From Clytia hemisphaerica (lineage: Eukaryota), in NCBI RefSeq assembly GCF_902728285.1, contig NW_027104472.1:935681-999680 (forward strand): a DNA stretch of 64,000 nucleotides. Direction: 5' to 3'. A model generated the notes under the pieces. It had not been told where the DNA came from. It saw nothing but the letters and a program-made list of their open reading frames with translations, and searched no databases. Made by a program: the position numbers and the translations under genes. Below, in pieces: positions 38,398 to 51,507 of this stretch. Each line of letters begins with the position of its first letter. Within the stretch, counting starts at the first letter, position 1.

Positions 38398-39964
38398 AAC
38401 TCACTCGAAAAAGTCAAGGACAATTGACCAATGTTGTAAAGCATGCGTGGTTGATTCGTTCAGATTTGAGACCTCGACCGGTCTTGAATATTTGTATACA
38501 TCAACAAAATGTGATTTTTCGGCACCGTAATGTTTGCGTCGGGACGGTTTCCATTCTCTAAAAGAATTTAAGAAAATTCTAATGACTGGAGGTATTCTTT
38601 ACTTTTTCATTTGAGTGAATGAGAATTATATAATAACTAACATATTGAAACATTCCTCACACATCGAATTTTACTCCTACAATTTGCTTACACATCATTT
38701 TTAAAGAAAGTACAACTTTCTTCCATTCAGATTTTAAGAAACTCGCTGTTTGCCGCTCCTAAATAAGATCCCTGCAACCACTGCAGTGCAGTCTCCTATG
38801 TCGAAGGAGCGTCCACACTAAGCTCAATGTCACAATGGTTATCATGTAGGAATGCAAGATACACCTGGTTCGATAATGAAGAACGCATTGGTCCAGGGCG
38901 GAAACGCAGCAGGCAAAAGGCTTGTTACAAGCAAACGAGTTTCCTAATTTCTAATCTTTAAAGGTTCCAGTAAAGTGTCAAGAAAATCTTGGTTCGTTAA
39001 AGTTTATACAAACCCAACACTTACCTTTCTTGAATTCGACCCTGATTGTTGTAATATGACATAATCTTTCTTTATAGTTTGTATTCCACACCGACTAAGA
39101 AATGTAAAGCCATTGAGAAAATGTATTATCTTGAAAGATTTTAGCAAAAAGGAAAGAATCTCTTTGCCAAGATGACATGTTACACTTGTCTCCCGAATAG
39201 ATGCCCCCCCCCGCTAATTGTTGAGAGAAAAAAATCCATCCCCCACTCTTATTAAGATCCCCCCTCCCCCGCTAATTAAATTCGAATAATTCAATATGTT
39301 ACTACAGTGTAGATAGACCTTAAACTTGTTAAAATTTTCCTTTTTGTTAGTATTGGTTCTTATTTTACGTGTTCATTTTCTTTTTTGTTGTTGAAATTGA
39401 TATCGGTTAAAAAAATTCTGTCTTCAAATAACCCCCCCTCTTATTCCATCCCCCCGTTTATTAGAATTTAGAAAATTTTCCTACCCCCCTCTTATTCCAT
39501 CCCCAGAGACAAGAGTAAAATCGAAATCTTCAAAGCTGGTAATTTCGATGTGAGATTCGACATGGCCTAAAATTGACATTCTCAAACTGGTAATTAGTAA
39601 GGCATAATAGTTTTTGCCACATGATCATAGAAACACCTCTGTGTTTGACCCCAAACCCACTGGAAGATTTGGCTATTAAAATTTCGTCCCCGGTGGGAAA
39701 AACACCCTACAATTTTAGCCCCACTGGTAAATTAACCTTGATTTCAACCCCATTTGAAATTCAATGGAAAATCGCACTCCAGAACCATCTTTACTGGATT
39801 TTTTGGCCTGTGAGCAATAAAATTTCTGTCTCATTTGGGATCTCGATAGAAATTGTATCCCCACTGTGGGAAGAAGTTCTACCGGGGCTGTGAGACAGGG
39901 GTGTATAGAAGGAATCTTCACGCCAAATATCATATCATATAATAAATAAGTAAAATGCTCTCAT

Positions 39965-40320
39965 TTATAATAAACATTGCCACAGGAAAAAGTATGGAAA
40001 TCACATGCTTGGTAAAACTGATTTCTGTGCATGAATCACATGAAAAAAATCGCAAGCGTGTGAAAATACAATTCACAAGCCATCTTTTCTCGACTTATTA
40101 AATGGGGTGTGACTAGATTTAAAATCACAAATAGGATTGTTTGTCTTTCGTAAAGAGAGAGGTTTAATACCCTAAAAGTAACTCACTTCTATTCTATTTA
40201 ACAAGTGAGAAAAGATGGATTGTGAATTACATTTTCACACGCATGTGATTTTTTGCAGAATCACATGCTCGGAAATTGGTTTTCACGCGCATGTGATTCA
40301 CGGATTTTTTCCTGTGTGCA
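39965..40320. mobile_element. MITE with long inverted repeats ('GGAAAAAGTATGGAAATCACATGC...GAATCACATGCGCGTGAAAA')
   Basis: Inverted arms flank a central region of about 150 bp. Confidence 0.5.
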
Positions 40321-40914
40321 ATGTTAAAAAATCTTTCCATCCGTTGTAATACTTGAACTTTAGAAAATATTCAACCGTAAAACATTTTGTCTCTATAAAG
40401 CTTATTTTAATGCAGCATGGATTTGGTAAGTTAATTAGAAAACACTTTTCTTTGGCCTAAAACTCGACCCAAAATTATTGCAGCCATTAGCAGACCCAAA
40501 ATTATAAAAAAAGTTAATACAAAAACATATTATTTCAATTCTCAACTTCAGTTGAGCTAGAATCTCAGAATGTTTGTGAGTTTGTAGTTTGTGAGTTTGT
40601 CCACAAACTTTTGGGCAGCGTAGAGAGCGGAATAATTGGTTTAAGGAGCTGAAATTTGGCACACGCCCTCCTTATGTTAAAACTTAGGGGTAGTTTTTTC
40701 ATTTTTTGGAATATCGCTTTTTTTCGCGAGTTATCCCCATTTTACCGGGATTTTGCGCTTATTTAACGTCATAAAGACAAAATAATTGACGTCAAATATT
40801 TTTTTAAATAGAAAATAGAAATTTTCAATCATGTTGAAAAATATAAGATTGCTCTACACACGGAAAAAAATTCTTTATTCTAAATTTACCTACGACTGAG
40901 CTTTTTCTAATCCT

Positions 40915-41365
40915 TCTGAGTACTCATCGCTCTGGGTTTTATAATTGAACCTTGTCTTTCCTGAGTGCCCATCAAAGAAGGCTTTTTTCACCCCGCGCTT
41001 GCAATTTAGCTACCTTATCCCGATTATCCATCACTCTGGGCTTACAAGTAAGCTTTCCCTAATTCTGAGTGCCCATCACTCTGGGTTTACAACTGGACCT
41101 TCTCTAATCCCGAACGCCTATCACCCTGGGCTTACAATTGAGCTTTCTCTTATCTTTGAGTAACCATTACCCTGGGTTCACTATTTGACCTTCCTTAATC
41201 TCGAGCGCTTATCACCCTGGGTTTACAACGAAGTTTCTCTTATCCCGAGTAACCGTCACCCTGGGTTTACAATAATTGGACCTTCCTTAATCACGAGCGC
41301 CTATCACAATGGGTTTGCAACGGCCTTCTATTATCATGAGAGCCCATCACCCTGTTTTAAAAAAG
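40915..41365. repeat. Minisatellite with a unit of about 45 bp ('atcaccctgggtttacaa...'), about 10 copies
   Basis: Period read from occurrences at 41027, 41075, 41120, 41165, 41210, 41255 and 41305. Confidence 0.7.
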
Positions 41366-43029
41366 TGTTTACAATTGGGCCTTCCACTTTCACACGTACA
41401 CTGAAGTTGAGCCCAGTGCTTTTGTAACACATTCCCTAAAATTACAGACATGCGAAATGTGTTCAATGGCTAAATGAAAACAAAAATATCACGTGACCAT
41501 ATTGTATAGAACGGACAACGTCATTTCTGAGAATCTATTTTCTGAGAAAACTCAGCGGGAGAGTGTTTTGTTTACCTTGTTTTGTTGTTTTCAAACGATT
41601 TTTAAACACACTCTCCTTCATTGATGCTATAAAGTGACCACGGTTTTAAAGTGGTAGATTCTCTTTGTACCAAAACACACTTGACCCGATGTACTTCAAT
41701 ATTTGTAGTGCCTCCCTTACAAGAATCGTTTGACCGAGGCCAAGTAATATTATCCGGGGGGGTTCTTAGGCAAGAATAGACACTAGGTAGGTGTGTGCCT
41801 TAAGGGCTGGATTTTTCCTCCCTCTTTTCAAGTCTCTCTAGGGTTACTCTTAGGTCCCAAATAAATGGAGGGGGGTTGGAAAATCTTAAAAAATAAGGGG
41901 CCTTCTCTTTGACAGTTGAAAATAATCTTGAAAATTAATAAACTGGGGGGGGGTCCTTATAAGGTCCGCGGGGGTTGGAAAATTTTCGAAAAATTAACAA
42001 GCGGGGGGGGGCGTTTATTTGGAACCTAAGAATACCAAAACAACCAAAACAAAGAACTGTCTCTCTAAAGGTCGTTTTTTTTCACAAACTCGAGTCAAAG
42101 AAGAGTGAAAAGTCAAGAAAGTAAGAAAAGTTTTCGAAAGTATTGGAGATTTTTTTTTTCTTTTCAAATTGAAGAAATTTTTGTGAAGTTCTCTTTCCAA
42201 GGTCACTTTTTAGCAATGACTCAGGGTAAGGGTTTGGAGATCCAGCACACTCATATCCCTCAACCCTAGTACCTCCCCACATATACTGTGCTTAGAGGCT
42301 GTCCACATAGTACGTACGCACTGAGGGGGGGAGGGAGTCTTCTCAAAGGCGTGTGCTTGCGTACAGGGAGAGAGGATGGGTGAAAGGAAAATGTACGTAT
42401 GCAGAGAAAAAATTTTCAAAATTTTTTATGCTTCTCATTGATTGGATTAATCGGATTCAAATTTCCTCGTTTTAGCAAAATTTTAGGAAATTAACTGAAA
42501 AGAAATGCTTTCTTTTTCTTTTATCCTTTAGAGGACAAGCATAAGTACATTATGTGAAAATTTCAAGTCTCTAGCATTTTCCTGTCCGAAATTATCTTGA
42601 TTCCGATTTAGAGGGATCTCAACCGGGATGAGGACGAGATAGAGGGATCCCTCCTATTGTGGTAAATAGAAACAAAATAATATAATACGAAAATGGCTAA
42701 AAAAAACAAGAAAGTTTCTAAACAGGTTTTTGCCACCGAGCGAGCACAGCGAGCATAGGTGGCTTCATAGCTTCACGAGGTTGTGCAGATGGTTTAAATT
42801 TTCGCCGTCTTTTTTTTTTAATTTCGCCTAGCGAAAGTATTACGATAGTCTTTCGCGGCGGTGCGGAAAAAAAATTAGAAAACGAAAGTACTTGATACGG
42901 TGGACGAACTCACTAAATTTAATTTACAAATTACACGCTCGTATAACCACGGACAATTTTCGCGGGTTTTCTTTGGATTACGTCATATATTTTTGTGTCT
43001 TTAGCTTCACAGTTTTGATTTTTTCTTTA

Positions 43030-44075
43030 TTTTCTTATAAGCATATACTTTATAAGATTCAAATCAATAACTCTTGATAGACGGTGATATACCTTTCGAG
43101 AATTAGTTCTTTCAAAGTAAACAAGAGATGGCGCACAATATGAGCATATTCATTTTTCTTATAAGCATATACTTTATAAGAATCAAATCAATAAATCTTG
43201 ATAGACGGTGATATACCTTTCGAGAATTAGTTCTTTCAAAGTAAACAAGGGATGGCGCACAATATGAGCATATTTATTTTTCTTATAAGCATATACTTTA
43301 TAAGAATCAAATCAATAACTCTTGATAGACGGTGACATACTTTTCGGTAATTAGTTCTTACAAAGTTAACAAGGGATGGCGCACAATATGAGCATATTTA
43401 TTTTTCTTATAAGCGTGTACTTTATAAGAATCAAATCAATAGCTCTTGATAGACGGTGATATACCTTACGGTAATTAGTTCTCACATAGTAAACAGGAGA
43501 TGGCGCACAATATGAGCATATTTATTTTTCTTATAAGCATATACTTTATAAGAATCAAATCAATAACTCTTGATATACGGGAATATACCTTTCAGTAATT
43601 AGTTTTTACAAAGTAAACAAGGGACGGCGCACAATATGAGCATGATTATTTTTCTTATAAGCATATACTTTATAAGAATCAAATCAATAACTCTTGATAG
43701 ACGGTCATGTACCTTTCGGTATTTAGTTCTTACAAAGCAAACAAGGAATGGCGCACAATATGAGCATATTTATTTTTCTTATAAGCATATACTTTATAAG
43801 AATCAAATCAATAACTCTTGATAGATGGTGACATACTTTTGGGCAATTAGTTCTGACAAAGTAAACGAGGGATGGTGCACAATATAAGCATATTTATTTT
43901 TCTTATAAGCATATACTTTATAAGAATCAAATCAATAACTCTTGATATACGGGAATATACCTTTCGGTGATTAGTTCTTACAAAGTAAACAAAAGATGGT
44001 GCACAATATGAGCATATTTATTTTTCTTATAAGCATATACTTTATAAGAATCAACTCAATAACTCTTGCTAGAGG
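43030..44075. repeat. Tandem array of a 124-bp unit, about 8.4 copies ('cttataagcatatactttataagaatcaaatcaataactcttgatagacggtgatatacc...')
   Basis: Unit starts at 43034, 43158 and 43282, then every 124 bp. Confidence 0.85.
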
Positions 44076-44396
44076 GTGAAGGCTCGATGTAAAGTAGATT
44101 TCAGATTAGCTTCAATCTCTACTTCTTGTTTTTCCCATGCAATTCAAAGTCTAGGCGAAATTTTCGACTTCAAGTCGTCTTGTTTTTTTTGTCGTACACA
44201 GCTAGCCCGTATTTATAGTATTCCGTATATTGGGGGATTATGGCGTGGGTGTTTGGCTGCGGGCGTACTACGGCCAATATTCTAAAGGTGGACTCACTCA
44301 CAAAGATAAAAAACAGCGCTTTTCTTAATAATTAAAATACGCTAGTGTAAGAAGTGTAACCAAGCCTTTGTAAACATTAATGGCTGCTTGAAACGG

Positions 44397-44943
44397 AAAA
44401 TGTTATATCGGATGGCCAAAAGTCACCTCACCTTCTTTTCTTTTCTTTCCTATCTCTTATCCTATTTTTCTCTTTTCTGACTGTCTGAGTTTCTGAGACT
44501 TAGTTTCTCATTTCTGACTGAGTTTTCATACCTGTCAATCATTTGTCCATCAATTTCGACCAGTCTAATTTTTGCACCGAGTGGGATTCGAACCACCACC
44601 AAAGAAAGACCTTCAGTTTCGGAAGCCAGCGCTCTATCCGTTGAGCCATCGCCGCACAGCAGAACCACGCAATTCATAACATATTATACCGAACTGGCAA
44701 AAGACGGGGGTAATATTATTATAATATGGGTAACAGTACCCCTTTTTTAAACCTGACTGAAATTCGAGCCGTTACTAGCAACCCTGCGGGGCCCACGGCG
44801 CCGAGTATGCACCCGGCACAGTGACAAGCCGTTACTAGCAACCCTGACCCTACCTAACCCCTGGAAAAGTGACTATCAGCGATCCGTGGATAAAAAAATA
44901 AAATTAAAAAATGAAGGTGACTATTGGCCATCCGATATAAGAG
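44397..44943. mobile_element. TIR-bounded element ('TTATATCGGATGGCCAAAAGTCACCT') that contains a degenerate tRNA-like (SINE-head-like) segment at 44575-44660 on the - strand
   Basis: Inverted ends at 44397-44425 and 44915-44943. The internal segment in reverse complement has a D-arm-like 'GCTCAACGGATAGAGC' and a T-loop 'GGTTCGAATCC', but the acceptor stem does not pair. Confidence 0.45.
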
Positions 44944-45345
44944 CATCCGCTTGAAACTAGTTTTCACCGCCTTTTGAAACTTGCTGCTGTTATTATAAAT
45001 TTTTATCATGTTTTCTGGTCTTTTGTAGAGTATTTAAAGAGGTTTATTATTCGTTTACTACTAAGTATTTTATGTTTGTGTAGTTAGTGAATGCACCAAT
45101 AAATTGATAATGCTCAGTAAATAGTACAAAAAGAGTTAATTTTCCACAACAACTCATAGCCCTCTTCTTCACCAAAACTACAAACAGCACAGCCACAGGT
45201 ATGATCTTTTACTTTTATCTGATGAAGTTTGATTGGTTTTCAACCAATGTGTTTGGTTTAAGAAAAAGTTCCAGCTTTTCCTCCCCGATGCCAGCCCAGG
45301 CGATGTCAACCGAACCCTATCAAACCGATTGTCGTATATCATATC

Positions 45346-45694
45346 AGGACCCTGCCGGCGCACCGGACTGTCCAGTGTATTTGTCCGGTGGCAAAAAGTA
45401 TCCTTTCACTACACCGGACGCAATAAGTCTGGTGTAAGTCCGGTGTTGCATACAGGGAATTTTGGACGCCGGACGACATTTATGAAACAAAAAATTAAGA
45501 AACACCGGACGTACCGGACTGGTCATGTCCGGTGTTTTGATTATCCGGTGGGAAAAAATATCCTTCTCCGACACCGGACATCCGACTTCCTTAAGTCCGC
45601 TGTAGAAATTGTCCGGTGGTAAAAGAAATTCTCATTTTACACCGGACTTTTGCATGTCCGGTGTTCGTTAAGTCCGGTGCGTCGGCAGGGTCCT
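45346..45694. mobile_element. hAT-like MITE: TIR 'AGGACCCTGCCGGCGCACCGGAC', 8-bp TSD ATCATATC, internal ACACCGGAC/GTCCGGTG mini-repeats
   Basis: Identical 8-mers at 45338-45345 and 45695-45702. Inverted 23-bp ends. Confidence 0.75.
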
Positions 45695-45989
45695 ATCATA
45701 TCGAACCATCAAATTTCATCGAACGAAATCAAACGGTTAGGTGTTTGATTACCGAACCTGATCGAAGAGTAATCGAACTTTACCAGAAAATCTTCAGTAT
45801 TGATTAAAGTTATATCGCAGTTTGATCAAGTTCAATCAATGTTTTTGTAGCTCAAATGGTTCCAGTTATTGACCTTACCGCCTGACCGCAATTTCTTGGT
45901 TCGATGACTGTTCGATTTGGTTCGGTAATCAAACAGTTCAATTGACATCGCCCGGCCGATGGGTTGATAGATATTTGCCTGCTCTATAA

Positions 45990-48125
45990 ACACATGACTT
46001 AAAAGGTTATGAACAGGTTGAATGTCCGGCTGAATCATCAAAAGGTGGTGTCAAGCTTTATTTTTCTGATAACATCAAAAACTACACTGAAAGGGATGAC
46101 CTGAAAATTTACAAAAAAAGTCAGCTCGAATCAAAATTCATTGAAGTCACAAATTCTAGTAATAAAAAATATATAGTTGGCTGCATTTATAAACATCCAA
46201 AGATGGACATCAATGAATTTAATCTTCTCTACTCTAAAATACTTGACAAAGTAAATTCTGAAAAAAAAGAAATTTTCATTATGGGTGATTTTAACATTGA
46301 TCTACTGAAAATTGAGACTAAACCTCAACATGAAGAATTTTTACAGTGTAACCTTTCCAATGGTCTAAAACCTTACATCATAAGACCTACAAGAATCACT
46401 CCTACTTCCAAAACATTGATCGACAACATCTATTCTAACAACATAGATAATCAAAATATTTCTGGAAATCTTATTTGGGCTATTTCTGATCATCTTCCAC
46501 AATTTCTCCTGGTCAAAGCTCCAAAACAAACAAAGACCTATCCCTATTATTCTTGGCGAGACTTGAGAAATTTTAATGAAAATAATTTTTTGCTTGAGTT
46601 TCAGTACACAAACTGGGACACCTTATTTCATGGAAAATCTATCAATGAAAAATTCAAAATTCTAATTAAAAAAACAAATGAAATTATTGACAGACATGCA
46701 CCCCTCAAAAGATCTAAAATAAATAAAAAAACAAACAAACCATGGATAACAAAGGGCATCTCTAAATCAATTAAACAAAAAAACAAACTCTACAGATATT
46801 TCATGCGTGCCAAAAACCAGAAGATAAAAGCACAAAAACACTTAATTTTCAAAAGATACCGTAATGTTCTGGTAAAGGTCATGAGGAAAAGCAAATCAAA
46901 TTATTACAAAAACTATTTTCAACAAAATGAAAAAAACCTTCGTAAAACCTGGATTGCCATAAACGAGATCTCACATGGAAGACAGAACAAAGAACAACAA
47001 ATAAATGTCATTCAAAGAGAAGACAAATTGTTGGAAAAGCCTGAAGAAATAGCAGAAGAATTCAATTCTTATTACAGTTCGATCGCCACAAAAACAAAAT
47101 CAAGAATACCAAACACAGAAAAGCACTTCTCTAGTTACCTTGACGATCCAGTGTTAGACTCCATTTACTTATACGAAACAAACAAAGAGGAAGTAGACAA
47201 ATTAATTCACAAACTAAAAGATAGCAAAGGCACAGGACCAAACAGTATTCCTACAAAATTTTTAAAAATCTTATCTCCTGCCATAAGCCAGATCATTTCC
47301 AATTTAATCAACATTTCTATTCTGAATGGAATATATCCTGACTGCCTCAAAATTGCTTCTATAAAACCACTACACAAAAAGGATTCCAAACTACTAACTG
47401 GAAACTACAGGCCCATCTCCCTCCTTTCTAACCTGAACAAAATTTTTGAAAAAATAATTCATTGCCGACTTTATCGTTTTCTTGAAAGTAAAAAAAGCCT
47501 CTACAAACATCAGTTCGGTTTCAGAAAAAAACACAGCACAAATCATGCAATCATAGCATTAACCGAAGAAATCAGAGACGCTCTTGACAACGGAGAATTT
47601 GCCATAGGTGTCTTCATTGATCTACAGAAGGCATTTGATACAGTAGAACATTCTATACTTCTTGAAAAACTTGCAAATCATGGCATAAGAGGAACTGCAA
47701 ACCGTCTGTTGACCTCCTATCTAAACAATAGAAAACACTGCACTAAAATTAATCAAAAATCATCAACATATAAAGAATGTAAACATGGAGTACCTCAAGG
47801 ATCGGTACTTGGTCCTCTACTTTTTTTAGTTTATATAAGTGATCTCCATAAAAGCATTACCAATTCCAAAACTTTTCATTTTGCAGATGATACTAGCATT
47901 GTTTGTAGGGGAGCCTCCCTAAAAGACTTAAAACTCCTTGTACAAAATGATCTCTTCGGACTAGTCCATTGGCTTAGAGCAAATAAAATAAGCCTCAATG
48001 CAGGAAAAACTGAGATAATTATTTTCAGATCAAGATACAAAAAAATTGATTGTAAGCTTGTCTTCAAAATGAGTGGTCAGAAATTATTCATCAAAAAGAA
48101 AGTAAAATATAAATTCCCTATATAA
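45990..48125 (+). mobile_element. 5'-truncated, degenerate non-LTR retrotransposon (CR1/L2-like LINE): ORF2 fragment with the C-terminal half of the APE endonuclease (GDFNIDLL, SDHLP) and the reverse transcriptase (FADDTSIV)
   Basis: The frame is open from 45990. The EEP motifs 'GGVKLYFSD...IVGCIYKHP' are followed by RT motifs (PISLLSNLNKIFEKII, FRKKHSTNHAI, QGSVLGPLLF, FADDT). The ORF ends prematurely at 48125, so this is probably a dead copy. Confidence 0.85.
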
Positions 48126-49217
48126 AAGTTGACATCAAAGATGTCTCTAAAGACACCTTTAGAGATCATGTAAAATCATACATAATTGACAAGATGGCCT
48201 AAACATTATTTTCTTTTCCCTAGACCGAGCACTGACTTCTCTGAAATCTTTTCACTTCGAACAATTCATAGTAAGTATTGGTAAGTATCTATTGTTATTT
48301 ATTTCAGTCGTTTCAAAGAAGTATATGTAATGGGAACTCGACAAACCTTGACACTCTCATTTAAAAACAATTAAGTACAGAATGGATCACCTCCCCCTCC
48401 CCCCTTAGTTCTTTTAGGAACTACACTGCCTTTTCTTTTGTTAATAAAACATTCCATATTAGCCAGCAAGGTGGTCATGAAACTTTAGCTAACGCTCCTC
48501 TCATTGGCCTGCCTTCAAACGTGAAGCTATAGTTTCTTATATTTTTATCCTGTAAATATTATACAGCAAAGTAGTTTTTATCATGTATATAACTTGAGCT
48601 ATACGTTGAGAAATATATTTACCTTACCTTACCTTAAGCTTTTTAGTGTGGGCGTCTGCTATTAAGCCGTCGGAAATGGGCAACAAGGTAATAAATGAAG
48701 CTTCAATATAGAACCTCACCGATCTTGATACCTTTTGCTAATCAGGATTTTCATTTTGAATCATTAAAAACTCCAGTGTACCGTTGTTTTGTATAAGATT
48801 CCCATTTCCGCACTAAGATTCTTGATACTTTTCTGGAATCTTTTCCCTATATATATTTTACGGGATAACCAGGAAGAAATTGGGTAGGGTTCGTTTAATG
48901 GGATGCAGTTTAAAGTAGTTGTAAAGGAGTCATTGTTGTGATTTGTACTTATGTAGATTTATTGCATATAGAAAAACCGCTTAGCCCATCATTTTTATTG
49001 GATGGATGTTTATATTGTCATTTTTAAAACCAACCCATCATTTTTATTTATTTAGATATATTCTTTACATTGTTAAAAAATAAAATCTTCATATTATTTC
49101 TTCATGTAACCAAACCTATGCTTATATTTTATATATTATAATATATTTTATTTATTATTATTAGGTGGCACTTAGTGTAAGCTATATCTAGTTTTAATAA
49201 AGCTGAATAAAGAAGTA

Positions 49218-49523
49218 CTCTTAGGTGCCAAATAAACGGTCCCCCCCGCTTGTTAATTTTTCGAAAATTTTCCAACCCCCCCGGACCTTATTAGGACCCC
49301 CCCGTTTATTAATTTTAAAGAATATTTTCAGTTGGCTAAAAGAAGTCCCCTTATTTTGCTCCAAAAAGCCTGATTTTAGCCTATATTTACCTTATTTTTG
49401 GGTTTTCATAAGTACAATTTCCAACCCCCCCGGCAATTAGGTCCCCCCCGTTTATTGAAATTTCAAAAAATTTCGAACCCCCCCGTTTATTCGAACCCCC
49501 CCGTTTATTTGGCACCTAAGAGT
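49218..49523. mobile_element. Poly-C family MITE. Perfect TIR 'ACTCTTAGGTGCCAAATAAACGG' with internal 'CCCCCCCGTTTATTAATTTTCGAAAA' units. Related fragments at 35820-35940, 37060-37145, 39180-39260, 39415-39505 and 41760-42045.
   Basis: The 13+ bp terminal inverted repeat is exact. The motif recurs at least 7 times in the window. Confidence 0.7.
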
Positions 49524-50159
49524 AAACCCACAACTATACTGTAATAACGTAAGAAAGCTTTTGAAATAAAAGAAGCCAAGATAGGATATAAATCACAAAA
49601 TAATCCCGATTTTACAAAAGTTCCAATGAAAGATCACTGTGACATTGAGTTTCATGTATGAAATAAAGGTCTGAACCAAACGATTTGAACTTGAAATTTT
49701 CTTCAACCGAGGGGGGGGGGGGTAAATGAAAAAGTACATAGCACTACTTCGCCACATATCATTAACCGGTCACCTAGTCTGAATCACAGACCTCAAAACC
49801 CAGGAGTAAAAATGTATACAACTCAGTCCAAAAACTACTGGGTCACACTTTTTTACTCATTAGGATTATCTATAATTTGGTCCGAAAATACCAAACACTA
49901 CTTGGTCACGCCTTTTAACTCATTAAAAATGTTCGAAATTCGGACCAAAAACACTAAACACTAAACACTACTTGGTCACGCCTTGTTACTCATTAAAAAT
50001 GTTTACATCTCGGACTTTAACCATATAAGAATGAATTATTTCTTTCGATACGAAATCTGGGTTTCTACCATATAGTAATGAATTTCTTTCGGTGTAGAAT
50101 TTGGGTTTTTACTATATAGGAATAATTCTTTTAGGTGAGAAATCTGGGTTTCTACCATA

Positions 50160-50520
50160 TACACGCTTTTTTTTATAAGAATGGTGTAAATCCATTTCAT
50201 CATGGATATTCTTAAATATTTTGTGAAAATCATCCTAAAATATTCTTACAGCATTCTTATGTTAGGATCCTAATTCAGACTAGCTTTAACATTTAGTACA
50301 TACGTCTCAAGCATAAAATGGCAATTTTGTGAAAGAAGTGAGCCTTACTTGGCGTCTAGGGGGTAATTGACAATTTATAATCGAAAATGCTCTAAAATTG
50401 GCATTCTTAGCTTGAGTAGCAAAATTCCATGATGCTGATATTCTTAGCATTATTCTTAATTTTTTGGCCATTTTCATCATGGACATTTTTATAAAGTGTA
50501 TTCTTATAAAAGAAAAAGCG
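50160..50520. mobile_element. MITE with TIR 'ACACGCTTTTTTTATAAGAATGGTGTAAATCCATTTCATCATGGATATTCTTAA'. Copies also at 51236-51482 and 54443-54712.
   Basis: Three copies with the same inverted termini. Related 'ttataagaa/gttcttaa' MITEs lie at 33020-33130, 55180-55400, 59985-60225, 60430-60675 and 61845-62125. Confidence 0.65.
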
Positions 50521-51507
50521 TGTAGTAATGAATTTCTTTCGGTGTAGATTTTGGGTTTTTACTATATAGGAATAATTCTTTTAGGTGAGAAATTTGGGCT
50601 TTTATTACTAATTTTTCCGTGTAAAATCTGGGCTTTTACAATGTAATAATTCTTTTTTCGGTGAGAAATCCAGGCTTTTCACTACACATTATTTTTTTTG
50701 GATGACCTGAGATTATCAGTGTTTTGGACGAAAATTCGTACAAGTAATCGTATGGTTTGGAGTGCAATTAACGATTAATCACGAGTAACAAAGGAGAAAA
50801 TAGTAATTTGCACGAGTCCGAGGGACGAGTGCAAATTACGGTATTTTCTCCTTTGTTACGAGTGATTAATCGTTAATTGCACGACAAAACATACGATTCC
50901 GAGGTAATCGTCAGTAAATCGTCAGAAAAGAATAAGTGGACAAAAGTGGCCCCCCGCCGAAGAGTGCAAAAAGTGGTAATAGTGCAATTAACGATTAATC
51001 GCACTCCTCTAAACCAATCAGATTCGAGTAATTTTGCACGGCTGACGATTACGATTTTTATCATATCATCGAGGTACGTGGTAATTTTAATTTTAACAAT
51101 TGTTGAAAAATCTGGTTCTTTACCAATTTATAAATAACATTAATAATTGTAGACGATGTTAAATGTGAAAAAAAGACTTGAATGAAATCGGAAAATGAAA
51201 TAATTTTTCAATCATGTTAATAAAATGTTTTCAGTACACGCTTTTTTTATAAGAATGGTGTAAATCCATTTCATCATGGATATTCTTAACTTTTTTGGGA
51301 AAATCATCCTAAAATATTATTACAGCATTCTTAGGTTAGGATCCTAATTCAGACTAGATTTAGCATTTAGTTCATACGTCTCAAAATTCCATGATGGTGA
51401 TATTCTTAGCATATTCTTAATTTTTTGGCCATTTTTATCATGGACATTCTTATAAAGTGTATTCTTTTAAAAAAGCGTGTATCACGATTATTTATTTTTT
51501 TTATTTA

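Noticed and set aside
43030-44075. A regular 124-bp direct-repeat array that superficially resembles a CRISPR array
   Set aside because: The units are repeated in full with no unique spacers between them. The context is eukaryotic with no cas genes, so this is a minisatellite.
45201-45622. ORFs of 78, 129 and 76 aa overlapping on both strands
   Set aside because: All lie within the 45346-45694 hAT-like MITE made of ACACCGGAC mini-repeats.
46203-48125. The 640-aa ORF as a host gene
   Set aside because: The RT and endonuclease motifs identify it as a LINE ORF2 fragment. The frame is already open upstream of the annotated ATG, from 45990, and it ends prematurely.
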